Notes: generated by a model not told the origin, from the letters alone. Positions 28,822 to 39,505 are shown, numbered from the stretch's first letter. The stretch: 64,000 nucleotides of DNA from an uncultured bacterium (GCA_965371515.1 CBDUYR010000008.1:1-64000), one strand, 5' to 3'. Program-made: numbers and translations.

Positions 28822-31800
28822 TCATGATCTCCTTTCGACTCCAGGCAGCCGTTCTTCTGACTATCCTGGCCGCAGGACCGCTCGCGGCTGAGGAGGGAGG
28901 GAACCTCCGCGTGATGGCTCCCGTACGGGACCATTACGTCGAGTCGAGGAGGATCGCGCTCTCGGAGGGAGAGACCCGTATCGATCTCGGCGTGTCGTTC
29001 ATCATAGCCGGGAGCGACTCGGTCGCCATGGACGGATTGCCCCTTCAGAGGGGAACCGGTTACAGGATCAATATTCTCAAGGGAACGCTGATACTCGTCG
29101 AGCCACCCGTCGGTGGTGAGATACTGGAGGTCCGGTGGAAGAGGTATCCGTTCGCCTTCGCCCCCGTCTTTGCCTCGAGATTCCCCGGGGAGAGGCCTCA
29201 GCATGAGGTCACCATGCCCGCTCTGTCCGCAGCGGAGCCGGTGAAGGAAAAGGCGGTCAATCCGTACAAGCTGAGGCTGTCGGGCAACAAGACGGTCGGA
29301 TTCTCGGTCGGCTCGGGGAAGGATCTCGGGATAGACCAGAGCCTCAAGATAACGATGATGGGGAAGCTGGCGAAGGACCTCGAGGTGAGGGCGTACCTTA
29401 CCGATGACAACCTTCCCGTCCAGCCGCAGGGGAACACGGAAGAGCTGAAGCATCTCGACAAGATCGCCGTGCAGGTCAGGAGCAGGCATACCGAGACGAA
29501 CTTCGGTGATTTCACCAGCGGTCAGGACTGGTCGAGTTTCTCGAGATTCGAACGGGAGTTGAGAGGTGCCTCGGTCAAGGTGAACGCCTGGAACCAGGAG
29601 CTCTTCGCCGGCAGCGGTATCACGAAGGGCAGGTTCCAGACGGCGAGATTCTTCGGGACCGAAGGGGTCCAGGGGCCGTACGAGCTCCTCGACGCAAGGC
29701 GCTTCAACGGAGTCATCATCCTGCCGGGCACCGAGGTCGTCTATCTCGACGGCCGCCGGATGCGGCGCGGTGCGGAGAACAACTACGTCATAGATTACGG
29801 CAGGGGGACGATCACATTCACGGAGCGTGTGACGATAACATCCGACTCGGAGATCGTCGTCGATTACCAGAGCGGCGAGGACGGATACGGCAGGACGACA
29901 CTGACAGGCGGCTGGACGTCGCCCTTCGCCGGAGGCGCGGCGACGCTGAAGGGATTCTACTTCAGGGAGTCGGACGATCCCGACGATCCGGTCCGCGGCG
30001 TGATAACAGACGATGACAAGGAGATCCTCGCCGGGGCAGGAGATGATCCTTCGGAGGCGGTGGCCCCCGGCATCACGCCGGTCGAGGACGCGCTCGACGC
30101 CTACATCCTTGTTCCCGCCGACACGGTCCCCGAGCATTTCGAGTTTGTCGAGGAGGGAGGCGATTTCCTCGTCGACTTCTTCGATGCTGGAGAGGGGAAG
30201 GGCGACTATATCACCAACGGATTCACGAGGCGCGGCGCGGTCAAGTATATATACGCCGGCGCAAGTAAGGGAAACTACCTCGTGGGGAGGCCGCTTCCTC
30301 TGCCCGAGCGCAATGAGGTCTTCTCCCTCGGATTCGACGCGGCGAAGGGAAGCCTCTTTCTCTCGGCCGAGGGAAACCTGTCGCTCTTCGACGCCAACGT
30401 CCTCTCGAGCGTCGGTGACGAGGACAATCGGGGCGGAGCGCTGCGATTCAGCGGCGGGCTGAAGAACCAGGCGGTCGGCGCGAGCAAATTGTCGCTGCTT
30501 GCCGCGTATTCCGCGCTCGAGGAGAGGTTTCGCGCGCCCGACAGGGCGAGGGAAGCCTATTTCTACAGGAACTGGAACCTCACCGATGTGCCGCTCGAGG
30601 GGACGGAGAAAATCTCGGGTCTCACCCTGACCTGGGAAGGGGAGAAGCTCTGGAAGCTCGGAGGAAGTTACAACAGGCTGCAGAGGACGGGCGGCCCGGG
30701 GGCGCGGAAGACCGAGGCGTCCCTCGCGCTCGGGGACAAGGCCGACCGCGGGATCGAGGCGGCCGGGTACGATTCGAAGAACGACCTCGGGCGCGACAGG
30801 CGATATCTGCACACCGAGGGTGCGTTCGGCTTCTGGGAGCTCCTGCCGAGGGTCGTCTTCGACACCGAGAGGTACAGGTCGTTCAACGTGGATGCCCCCG
30901 ATACGGGCAGGTTCTACTACCAGAACATCTTCTCGCTCTCGAAGAGGAAGGCGGGAAGCTTCAGGGGGACGCTGTCGTACACGATGAGGAACACCGACAA
31001 GATGGAGACCGAGGGGGGGGGATGGTTCAGGGCGAGGGAGAACGATGAGATAAGGCTCGATGGAGGATACAGCTCGGGCGAGGCGATAGTAGAGGTGATT
31101 GCGAGCAGGAGGAACACGACGTACAGGGATACGGGCGCCTCGGGGAGACACGATCTCGGAAGGTTGAGGTACAGGGACGCCTGGTGGGCCGGCGCCGTAA
31201 CGAACGACGTGAGCTACAGGATCAGCTCGGGAGTCGACAGGAGGCTCGAGAAGGCGGTCGTATACGTCGGCGAGAATAAGGGAGACTACGACGAGGAGGG
31301 AAACGAGGTCGGGCAGAACAGGGGCGATTACATGGTCATCTTTCTTCCCGCCGAGGACGCGGTTCCCGTCCGCACGGTCGAACTTTCATGGAGGCTCAGC
31401 ATCGGCAGCGGCGTCCGCGGCCTGTCGCTCAGCCCGTCGTCCGATACCGGCAGGTGGCAGTGGATCAGGAAGAATGTCTCGGTCGACAACTTCTTCTCGG
31501 TCGTAGAGAGGTCGCGTACCGATGAACTGGCGAGGCTCTATCTGCTCGACCCGTCCCTCCTGCAGAGCGACGATTGGACGCTCTACGGGAAGAACAGTTT
31601 CAGGACCGAGTGGGGATTCCTCGGGGACGTGAAGGGGTACAACCTCAGGCTGATCTTCTTCAGGGAGGACGAGGAGGACAACCGGAGCGAGGACGTCTCG
31701 ATCGAGAGATATACGAGGGAGATACAGGGGAGGTTCGAGATGATCCCCGCAAGGACTATCACGCTGACCTTCCAGGGACAGACCTCGCTGAGTTCGCGCA

Positions 31801-32228
31801 TGGTGTCGGGTGCGGCGGGCCAGATGTACAGGGTCGAGAGCATTCAGGGCTCGACGAAACTCGCGTGGAGGCTGAGGCCGTCGGTCAAACTCGCCATCGA
31901 GGGTGGAGCGGAGGACAGAAAGGACGCCGTCTCGCTGGCCGAACAGGTCTCGATATTTGGCACACCGTCGCTCGACGCTTCAATAGGGACGAAGATCCAT
32001 ATTAACGCCCTGCTCAAACTCACCTGGACAGACGAGAAGTCGAGCGAGGGCAAACCCCTCTTTTTCCTCGAGCAGGGGCTGAGGGAGGACTGGACCGTCG
32101 TGGGGCAGTACAGGTTCACGAAGTTCATCAGCTTCGGAATAAATTACAACGGGCACAGGGAGAAGGATTTTACCGGAGAGGTAAGGACAGTCCATGCTTT
32201 CAAGCTGGAAAGCCGCGCTTACTTCTAG
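28818..32228 (+). CDS. Large outer-membrane beta-barrel protein with SprA/Sov-like modules
   Basis: Signal peptide; two GS/T-x-x-V-x-x-DG...RG...Y-x-I-D/N...G-x-I/L modules; DQSL.I...GKL segment; extended amphipathic beta pattern; C-terminal RAYF. Confidence 0.55.
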   Translation: MIMISFRLQAAVLLTILAAGPLAAEEGGNLRVMAPVRDHYVESRRIALSEGETRIDLGVSFIIAGSDSVAMDGLPLQRGTGYRINILKGTLILVEPPVGGEILEVRWKRYPFAFAPVFASRFPGERPQHEVTMPALSAAEPVKEKAVNPYKLRLSGNKTVGFSVGSGKDLGIDQSLKITMMGKLAKDLEVRAYLTDDNLPVQPQGNTEELKHLDKIAVQVRSRHTETNFGDFTSGQDWSSFSRFERELRGASVKVNAWNQELFAGSGITKGRFQTARFFGTEGVQGPYELLDARRFNGVIILPGTEVVYLDGRRMRRGAENNYVIDYGRGTITFTERVTITSDSEIVVDYQSGEDGYGRTTLTGGWTSPFAGGAATLKGFYFRESDDPDDPVRGVITDDDKEILAGAGDDPSEAVAPGITPVEDALDAYILVPADTVPEHFEFVEEGGDFLVDFFDAGEGKGDYITNGFTRRGAVKYIYAGASKGNYLVGRPLPLPERNEVFSLGFDAAKGSLFLSAEGNLSLFDANVLSSVGDEDNRGGALRFSGGLKNQAVGASKLSLLAAYSALEERFRAPDRAREAYFYRNWNLTDVPLEGTEKISGLTLTWEGEKLWKLGGSYNRLQRTGGPGARKTEASLALGDKADRGIEAAGYDSKNDLGRDRRYLHTEGAFGFWELLPRVVFDTERYRSFNVDAPDTGRFYYQNIFSLSKRKAGSFRGTLSYTMRNTDKMETEGGGWFRARENDEIRLDGGYSSGEAIVEVIASRRNTTYRDTGASGRHDLGRLRYRDAWWAGAVTNDVSYRISSGVDRRLEKAVVYVGENKGDYDEEGNEVGQNRGDYMVIFLPAEDAVPVRTVELSWRLSIGSGVRGLSLSPSSDTGRWQWIRKNVSVDNFFSVVERSRTDELARLYLLDPSLLQSDDWTLYGKNSFRTEWGFLGDVKGYNLRLIFFREDEEDNRSEDVSIERYTREIQGRFEMIPARTITLTFQGQTSLSSRMVSGAAGQMYRVESIQGSTKLAWRLRPSVKLAIEGGAEDRKDAVSLAEQVSIFGTPSLDASIGTKIHINALLKLTWTDEKSSEGKPLFFLEQGLREDWTVVGQYRFTKFISFGINYNGHREKDFTGEVRTVHAFKLESRAYF

Positions 32229-33954
32229 AGCGGCCCTGTCGGGCGCGCTGATCGTCACGGCGGTCCTCTCCGCCCCGTGGGGAGGTGTGTCCGCGGCTGG
32301 GAAGCCCGCTTCCGCCCAGGAGGTCGGCGATACCCTCAAGACGGTCCGTCCCTGGATATCGAAGGTGCGCTGGGAGGGGCTGGACCTTCTCGATGCCGTC
32401 GCCGTCGAACGCGGCAGCTACCTCCGTGCGGGCGAACAACTGAGCGATTCATCCGTTGATCTGGAGCTTGGGCGGATAGATTCCCTCTGCTTCACCGCCG
32501 GTCTTCTCGGCGCGCGTGCTGCCGTAGACACGACGATGAGGGGAGAGGTGGTGGAGATCACGATGCGGATCTCAGAGGGGAGCCGGGCGAAGACGGGCGA
32601 AGTCACCGTCAGCGGGTCGGAAGTCATTCCCGGGGAGGAGCTCGCCGGCAGGCTCGGTGTCTCTGCCGGGGCATGGTTCGACCCGGTGGCTCTCGAGAGT
32701 TCGATGACAGGTCTTCTCGAGGAGCTGAACCGTTCGGGATACCCCTACGCCCAGGTCTGGATGACCGGGTTCGAATACAACGCGGAGACGAATACCGTGG
32801 ACCTGACCTTCGCCGTATACGGGGGAGAGGAGTCGATCGTCGAGGCAGTCGTCTTCGACGGCCTTACGAAGACAGACACGTCGCTCGCGCTGAGGACATC
32901 GCGGCTAGTTAAGGGGGAGCGTTTCGACGAGGAAAAACTGTCGCGCGCACGGCGTTACCTTTCCGCCTCGGACCTCTTCGTTGAAGTGGGGCAGGCCGAG
33001 GTACGCAGGCTCGGCCCCGGAATGATCGATGTGAGGATCCCTGTCGAGGAGATCAAACGGGGTAATTCGATACAGGGGATCTTCGGCTTTGCGAAGAAGG
33101 AAGATGAAGGGTATATCAGCAACGGATCGGTCGATATCACGCTGAGGAACATAGGCGGCAGCGGCAGGGACGTCGATTTCCGGTGGCTCAACGACGGCCT
33201 CAGCTTCCAGACGCTGTTTTTCAGGTACTCGGAGGATTTCTTCTTCTCGCTGCCCACGGGATTCGAAGCGGAGCTGAGGCAGGATGTATACGACACCCTG
33301 TACGATTATACGCTGGTCGGCTTCGACATGAGTCTCGACGCCGGGCCGGGCAGCGAGCTGCTCGCCGGCTACACCTGGGACAACAACGTTCCGCAGAACG
33401 AATCGCTTTTCGACAGGAGCGTAAGGCACAGGTTCCGGGCAGGCTTCAGGACTCTCTGGCCGGAGAGGGCCAGTCTCGCTCTAAGAGTCGAGGGCGCCCT
33501 GAGGAAGGAATACGCCGACGGCGGTACAGACAGCGACAGTCAGCTGCTCTACCGCTTCGAGGGAGATGCCGAGATACCTGTATTCACGAGACAGTCGGTC
33601 TATATGAGGCTCGTCTCGGAGGGTGTCTTCTCGGTCGGCGATGTCAAACCGGCCGAGACCTACCCGCTGGGTGGGGCGAGGAGTTTGAGGGGCTACAGGG
33701 AGAACCAGTTCCGCGGCGAGAAGATAGCCTGGGCCAACCTCGAGTACAGGTTCGGCGGCGCGTCGAGGATATTCCTCTTCTACGACGCGGGAGCGTACTA
33801 CAGGAGGGATACCGGATGGGACTTCCGGGACGGGTTCGGATTCGGCCTGATGTCTTCCTCGAAGCTCGGCACTGTGGCGCTGAGTTTCGGCATGGGGGAC
33901 AGTATCGCCCTCGATGGTATGCTCATCCACATCTCGCTCATCGAGAACTTCTGA
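32194..33954 (+). CDS. Omp85 (BamA/TamA-family) protein with POTRA domains
   Basis: POTRA-like segments (GYPYA, F.GL.KT); LGGARSLRGYRENQFRG lid-loop motif; NLEYRF; FYDAG; C-terminal F. Confidence 0.85.
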   Translation: MLSSWKAALTSRAALSGALIVTAVLSAPWGGVSAAGKPASAQEVGDTLKTVRPWISKVRWEGLDLLDAVAVERGSYLRAGEQLSDSSVDLELGRIDSLCFTAGLLGARAAVDTTMRGEVVEITMRISEGSRAKTGEVTVSGSEVIPGEELAGRLGVSAGAWFDPVALESSMTGLLEELNRSGYPYAQVWMTGFEYNAETNTVDLTFAVYGGEESIVEAVVFDGLTKTDTSLALRTSRLVKGERFDEEKLSRARRYLSASDLFVEVGQAEVRRLGPGMIDVRIPVEEIKRGNSIQGIFGFAKKEDEGYISNGSVDITLRNIGGSGRDVDFRWLNDGLSFQTLFFRYSEDFFFSLPTGFEAELRQDVYDTLYDYTLVGFDMSLDAGPGSELLAGYTWDNNVPQNESLFDRSVRHRFRAGFRTLWPERASLALRVEGALRKEYADGGTDSDSQLLYRFEGDAEIPVFTRQSVYMRLVSEGVFSVGDVKPAETYPLGGARSLRGYRENQFRGEKIAWANLEYRFGGASRIFLFYDAGAYYRRDTGWDFRDGFGFGLMSSSKLGTVALSFGMGDSIALDGMLIHISLIENF

Positions 33955-34038
33955 CAATCTGTAAAATCGGAGTAGCAAGGGCGGGACCTGTGGATTATAA
34001 TTGAACGCGCTTGAACGGATAGAGAGAGGAGGTTCCGC

Positions 34039-35313
34039 TTGACGGAAGTCGAAAAGGCCAGGGCGGGCGAGACAAGTTCCGCGCTGAAGGAAGTCGCGCA
34101 GTTCGAAGGGATCGATTCCGAAAGACTCAGGGTCCTCGTCGCCGACGGCAAGGTCGTGATCACCGGGTACGCGCGTGCTCAAAGCCGGGTGATAGGGATC
34201 GGGGAAGGCTTGAGCACGAAGGTCAACGCCAATATCGGAACGAGTCCCGACCACAGCGATCCGGAGGTCGAGCTGCAGAAGCTCAACGCTGCTATCGACG
34301 CGGGGGCCGATGCGCTGATGGATCTCTCGATCGGTGGAGACATCGACGCGATGAGACGATCCATACTCGACAGATGCACAGTGCCCGTGGGGACTGTACC
34401 GATATACCAGTCGGTCGTGGAGGTAACAAGGAGGGGCGGGGAGATCGCCGACTGCACGAAGGAGGATTTTCTCGGCGTTGTCGAACGGCAGGCGAAAGAC
34501 GGCGTCGATTTCATGACGATCCACTGCGGGCTCGTGCGCAGGCTCGCCGAAGAGGTTGCCGGGAGCAGGACGGCCGGGGTCGTCAGCCGCGGAGGATGCT
34601 TCCTTCTCCAGTGGATCGTGAAGAACAGAAGAGAAAACCCATACTACGAATATTACGACGAGCTCCTCGAGATCGCCCATAAGTACGATTTCGCTCTGAG
34701 CCTGGGCGACGCGCTGCGTCCAGGTGCGATAGCCGACTCGACCGACCGGCCGCAGATCGGCGAACTCCTCGTCATAGGGGAGCTTGTAGAGAGGGCGAGG
34801 AAGGCCGGAGTCAGCGTCTTCGTAGAGGGCCCGGGCCACGTACCGATACACGAGATCCCATCGAACATGATACTGCAGAAGAAGGTATGCGGGGGTGCGC
34901 CGTTCTACGTCCTAGGCCCGCTCGTGACGGACGTCGCGCCGGGGTACGATCACATAACCGCCGCGATCGGCGGGGCTGTGGCCGCCTGGTACGGCGCGGA
35001 CTTTCTCTGCTACGTCACACCGGCCGAGCACCTCAGGCTCCCATCGGTCGAAGATGTCCGCGACGGTGTGATAGGCACAAGGATAGCCGCCCACGCCGGT
35101 GACATCGCCAAGGGTGTGCGGGGGGCGAGCGACTGGGACAGGAAGATATCCCGCGCGAGGGCGGAGCTCGACTGGAAGACGGCGCTCGATTCGAGCATCG
35201 ATCCGGCAAGGGCGAGGGAGATGTTCGACGCGAGCCCGACCGGTGCGGAAGACCTCTGTACGATGTGCGGGGAGTTCTGCGCGATAAGAGGTACGAGGCG
35301 CAGCAGGGAATAG
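34039..35313 (+). CDS. thiC: Phosphomethylpyrimidine synthase (short-form ThiC; Bza paralog not excluded)
   Basis: TKVNANIGTS, GTVPIYQ, GVDFMTIH, VSRGG, SLGD.LRPG, VEGPGHVP, APFYVLGPL, CYVTPAEHL, CTMCGEFC. Confidence 0.9.
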   Translation: MTEVEKARAGETSSALKEVAQFEGIDSERLRVLVADGKVVITGYARAQSRVIGIGEGLSTKVNANIGTSPDHSDPEVELQKLNAAIDAGADALMDLSIGGDIDAMRRSILDRCTVPVGTVPIYQSVVEVTRRGGEIADCTKEDFLGVVERQAKDGVDFMTIHCGLVRRLAEEVAGSRTAGVVSRGGCFLLQWIVKNRRENPYYEYYDELLEIAHKYDFALSLGDALRPGAIADSTDRPQIGELLVIGELVERARKAGVSVFVEGPGHVPIHEIPSNMILQKKVCGGAPFYVLGPLVTDVAPGYDHITAAIGGAVAAWYGADFLCYVTPAEHLRLPSVEDVRDGVIGTRIAAHAGDIAKGVRGASDWDRKISRARAELDWKTALDSSIDPARAREMFDASPTGAEDLCTMCGEFCAIRGTRRSRE

Positions 35314-35316
35314 GAA

Positions 35317-37692
35317 GTGTGGAGGAGGATCTCGATGCCCGCCGGTAATGGATATGATAAGCCCGACGTCGGCGTCGGTGCATTTCTCGATCTGGTTCCT
35401 CACAATGACAGGGAATCGCTGAAAGAGCCGGGGGCCGCCGGGCGTCTCTGCGGCGCTATTGCGGCCGGTCCCGTTCCTCCCGCTCTTCTACTGCGCTTCG
35501 CTCGCGGTACCGGATTCCCCGGGATCCCGATCATCGAAATGGCCGTCGCCCCTGCCTCTGGAAAGGGCGATCTTTTCGAAGGCTCCGTGAAAGAAGCCTC
35601 TGCTGAAGAGAGATCCCGGCCCGTGTCCCCGCGTGAAGAGGTCGAGGCCGGTGCCCTCGAACAGGCCGTCGAACGCGACATCGCGCGGATACAGGAAGCC
35701 CTCGGCGAGAGGCGCGAGGGCCAGGCAGCGATGGCGAGGACCGTGATGACGGCGCTGGCTCGCGACGAGATCTCTTTCGTGGAGGCGGGAACCGGGACCG
35801 GGAAATCGCTAGCCTATCTTATTCCGTCGGCGATCTTTGCCTCCGCCACGGGGGAGCGGGTAGTAGTCTCCACACACACGAGAAACCTCCAGCAGCAGCT
35901 GCGCGAGAAGGAACTCCCTGTGCTTCGTGCTCTCACCGGGTACGACCTGCCCGTCGAGAGACTTATGGGGAGGGAGAACTATATCTGCTCGAGAAAGCTG
36001 GTCTCGTGGACGGTCAGGCTCTCGGGCGACGATCCGGATGCGGCGCTGCGTCTCGGGCTTGCCGCGGCCCTCGCATCCGAGGGAACGGCCGAGTCGATCC
36101 CCTCCGCAGTCAGGCCCTCTCCCCTTCGATCGATCTGCGCACCTCCGAGGTGCCTGATGAAGGCATGCTCCCATGCCGGCGGCTGCCCTCTGCTGCAGGC
36201 GAGGAAGAGAGCTGCGGAAGCGTCCATCCTCTTCGTGAACCACGCCCTGCTGATGACCGACCACAGGCAGGGAGGGACAGTGCTCGGGCCGTACAGCCGT
36301 GTCATCTTCGACGAGGCGCACCATCTCGAGCGGTGCGTGATGGACAACCTCTCGATAACAATCTCGAAAAAGACGCTCGAGAGAATATTCGACCAGGTCG
36401 AGCCGGTATCCCCGCTTGCCGAGAGATGGAAGCTTTTCTCGCACGAACTCGAGTCGGCCGGACGCGGAATCGGGAGGGACAGCTGGGCCGGGAAGGTGCA
36501 GATGCTAGCGGCGAAGAAGACCGGGCTCGAGGCAGCCTTCGCCTCGCTCTTCACGGCGGCGGCCTCGAAATCCAAAGGCGAAGCAGCCGGGACAAGGACC
36601 CGCTACGATGAAGCAAGGTTCTTCGAAGCCGAAGATGCGTTCAACCGCTTTTATCTTATTAACATTGAATTACGAGAGATGCTTAAACTGTTTTATGAAG
36701 CCAGGGCGCCCAAGTCGATGACCGTCGTTCAGAACGAACTGCGTTTCGTCGATGAGGAACTCGAGGCACTCTCCGAGTCTGTGAGGTACCTCCAGGATGC
36801 GGACGATCCAGACGGAGTCTTCTGGATCGAATGGACCGGGGGTGGAGAGGTCGCTGCGATCTGCGGCTCGCCCCTCGAGATCGACAGGCGCTTCGCCGAT
36901 TATCTCGAGGAGCGGACAGTGTCGGCCGTCTTCACATCGGCCACACTCGCCGAAAACGGATCGTTCGACTACGTTATGGAGCGGCTCGGGATCGGTCTGA
37001 CGGGGAAGGACCCGGTCAATCTCCTCGCAGGCTCGCCTTTCGATTACGAAAAGAACCTGCTGATAATCAGGACCGAGGAGAGGACGGACCCGAACGACGA
37101 GTCGTTCGCCGGCCATGTCGGCCGTATGATATACAGTCTCTCCACCTTGACGGAGAGGAGGATCATGGCGCTCTTCACCTCATACAGGATGTGCCTCGCC
37201 ACAGGGGCAGAGCTCGAACGCCTCGAGTTCGGCGGCACCCTCCTCATGCAGGGAGGTAAAAGGAGCAGGGAAGAGCTGGCCTCGATCTTCAGGTCGACCC
37301 GTGGAGCGGTCCTGCTCGGGGTCGCCTCGTTCTGGGAGGGAGTGGACTTTCCCGGGGGAGAGCTCGAGATCCTGGTTATCCCGAAACTCCCGTTCCCCGT
37401 TCCCACCGAGCCGGTGATCGAGGCGAGGTCGGAGAGGATGCAGGCCGAGGGAGGCAATCCCTTCGCCCGGCTCTCCCTGCCTGAAGCGATCCTGAGACTG
37501 AGGCAGGGGGTAGGGAGGCTGATCCGGAGGAAGGACGACCGTGGCGTGGTGGTCCTGATGGATCCACGCCTCGGGACGAAGTCGTATGCCCGGGCCATTC
37601 TGTCGTCGCTGCCCGTTATGGCGAGGCATGTATCTTCGGCCGACGATGCGGCGGGATCCGCGGCCGACTGGTTCGAGACGGGCAGTATGTAA
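35317..37692 (+). CDS. DinG/YoaA-family ATP-dependent DNA helicase
   Basis: EAGTGTGKSLAYL, NHALL, FDEAHHLE, TSATL, FWEGVDFPG, KLPF, QGVGRLIR; Cys cluster for Fe-S. Confidence 0.9.
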   Translation: MWRRISMPAGNGYDKPDVGVGAFLDLVPHNDRESLKEPGAAGRLCGAIAAGPVPPALLLRFARGTGFPGIPIIEMAVAPASGKGDLFEGSVKEASAEERSRPVSPREEVEAGALEQAVERDIARIQEALGERREGQAAMARTVMTALARDEISFVEAGTGTGKSLAYLIPSAIFASATGERVVVSTHTRNLQQQLREKELPVLRALTGYDLPVERLMGRENYICSRKLVSWTVRLSGDDPDAALRLGLAAALASEGTAESIPSAVRPSPLRSICAPPRCLMKACSHAGGCPLLQARKRAAEASILFVNHALLMTDHRQGGTVLGPYSRVIFDEAHHLERCVMDNLSITISKKTLERIFDQVEPVSPLAERWKLFSHELESAGRGIGRDSWAGKVQMLAAKKTGLEAAFASLFTAAASKSKGEAAGTRTRYDEARFFEAEDAFNRFYLINIELREMLKLFYEARAPKSMTVVQNELRFVDEELEALSESVRYLQDADDPDGVFWIEWTGGGEVAAICGSPLEIDRRFADYLEERTVSAVFTSATLAENGSFDYVMERLGIGLTGKDPVNLLAGSPFDYEKNLLIIRTEERTDPNDESFAGHVGRMIYSLSTLTERRIMALFTSYRMCLATGAELERLEFGGTLLMQGGKRSREELASIFRSTRGAVLLGVASFWEGVDFPGGELEILVIPKLPFPVPTEPVIEARSERMQAEGGNPFARLSLPEAILRLRQGVGRLIRRKDDRGVVVLMDPRLGTKSYARAILSSLPVMARHVSSADDAAGSAADWFETGSM

Positions 37693-37849
37693 ATAGGGGT
37701 TTACAGTCTCAGGCGCCCTTTGCGGTTGCCAGTGGGCCTCGGATGGTGTAGAGTCTAATTCGTTCCGATACACAGAGCGATGCGACTTAAAACATATTAT
37801 AACAGCATGTTATGTGAATAGCTGAACCCTTGTTCGGAGGTGGCTGGAA

Positions 37850-39505
37850 ATGAGTCCGGATGTAATCAGAGCTCCTCGCGGCAGCGAGATCACCTGTCGG
37901 GGATGGTTCCAGGAAGCGGCGATGAGGATGCTGATGAACAACCTCGATCCCGAGAACGCGGAGAATCCAGCCGAGCTGGTCGTGTACGGTGGGACGGGGA
38001 AGGCGGCGAGGAACTGGGACTGCTACCACGCCATCATCGATACCCTCAAGCGTCTCGGTAACGACGAGACCCTTCTCGTCCAGTCGGGCAAACCGGTCGC
38101 AGTTTTCCCGACCCACGAGGGAGCGCCGCGTGTTCTGATCGCCAACTCCCTTCTTGTTCCAAAGTGGGCCACGTGGGAGCACTTCTGGGAGCTCGAATCG
38201 AAGGATCTGATGATGTACGGCCAGATGACGGCCGGCTCCTGGATGTACATCGGTACGCAGGGGATCCTGCAGGGAACCTATGAGACTTTGGCGGAATGCG
38301 CCAATCAGCATTTTGCTGGAAGCCTCAAGGGGAGGTTCGTCCTCTCCGGAGGACTCGGCGGTATGAGCGGCGCTCAGCCCCTGGCCGTTACGATGAACGG
38401 CGGCGTCTGCCTCATAGTCGAGGTCGACCCCGAACGGATCAGGAAGCGCCTCGATACGAAGTATTGCGATGTGATGGAGACCGATCTCGATCGCGCGCTC
38501 GAGAAGGTGGCCGAAGCGGTGAAGGCGAAAAAACCCCTATCCATAGGGCTTGTCGGCAATGCTGCCGACGTCTTCCCTGAGCTGGCCAGGCGGGATGTCG
38601 TCATCGACGTGGTCACCGATCAGACCTCCGCGCACGATCCTCTCAACGGGTATATACCGAGAGGCTACACCCTTGAGGAGGCCGCTGCGCTGAGGAAGAG
38701 CGATCCGGACAGGTACATCAAGGAAGCGACAGAATCGATCGTCCTGCATGTCCAGGCGATGCTCGACCTCCAGAAAAAGGGCTCGATCGTATTCGATTAC
38801 GGCAACAACATCCGGGGCCAGGCGGAGAAGGGTGGCCTGAAGAACGCCTTCGATTTCCCGGGTTTCGTTCCAGCGTTCATCCGTCCGATGTTCTGTATCG
38901 GCAAGGGGCCGTTCCGCTGGATCGCCCTTTCGGGGAAGAAGGAGGATATCTGGAGGACCGACGACCTCGTGCTCGAGATGTTCCCCGAGAACGAGTCGCT
39001 CTGCAGGTGGATCAGGATGGCACGTGAGCAGGTCGCATTCCAGGGCCTGCCGTCGAGGATCTGCTGGCTTTCGTACGGCGAGAGGGAGAGATTCGGCCTG
39101 GCGATTCATGACCTCGTGGCCAGAGGTGAGATCAGTGCGCCGATCGTGATCGGGCGCGATCACCTCGACAGCGGGTCGGTCGCTTCACCCTACAGGGAGA
39201 CCGAGAGTATGAAGGACGGCAGCGACGCAGTGGCCGACTGGCCGATCCTCAACGCTCTGCTCAACACGGCGGGCGGGGCGGCATGGGTATCGGTCCATCA
39301 CGGGGGCGGCGTGGGCATGGGACTGTCCATCCACGCGGGCATCTCGGTCGTGGCCGACGGAACGCCGGAAGGCCGTGAAAAATTAGCGCGTTGCCTCAAT
39401 AATGACCCTGGCACAGGAGTTGCAAGACACGCCGATGCCGGCTATGCGATAGCCGTTGAAAAAGCGAAAGATGCAGGGCTCGACATCCCGATGCTGGGGA
39501 AATAA
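37850..39505 (+). CDS. hutU: Urocanate hydratase
   Basis: [58 protein letters not shown]. Confidence 0.98.
   Translation: MSPDVIRAPRGSEITCRGWFQEAAMRMLMNNLDPENAENPAELVVYGGTGKAARNWDCYHAIIDTLKRLGNDETLLVQSGKPVAVFPTHEGAPRVLIANSLLVPKWATWEHFWELESKDLMMYGQMTAGSWMYIGTQGILQGTYETLAECANQHFAGSLKGRFVLSGGLGGMSGAQPLAVTMNGGVCLIVEVDPERIRKRLDTKYCDVMETDLDRALEKVAEAVKAKKPLSIGLVGNAADVFPELARRDVVIDVVTDQTSAHDPLNGYIPRGYTLEEAAALRKSDPDRYIKEATESIVLHVQAMLDLQKKGSIVFDYGNNIRGQAEKGGLKNAFDFPGFVPAFIRPMFCIGKGPFRWIALSGKKEDIWRTDDLVLEMFPENESLCRWIRMAREQVAFQGLPSRICWLSYGERERFGLAIHDLVARGEISAPIVIGRDHLDSGSVASPYRETESMKDGSDAVADWPILNALLNTAGGAAWVSVHHGGGVGMGLSIHAGISVVADGTPEGREKLARCLNNDPGTGVARHADAGYAIAVEKAKDAGLDIPMLGK

Noticed and set aside
28806..31151. 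781-aa minus-strand ORF and similar long antisense ORFs (e.g. 7713-9074, 17804-19081, 33481-34851, 50216-51364, 63277-63927)
   Set aside because: They lie opposite well-supported genes, have no recognisable motifs, and are the expected shadow frames of GC-rich coding sequence.
35317..37692. CasDinG or defence-associated helicase
   Set aside because: No cas genes, CRISPR array or defence partners are nearby; the context is housekeeping.
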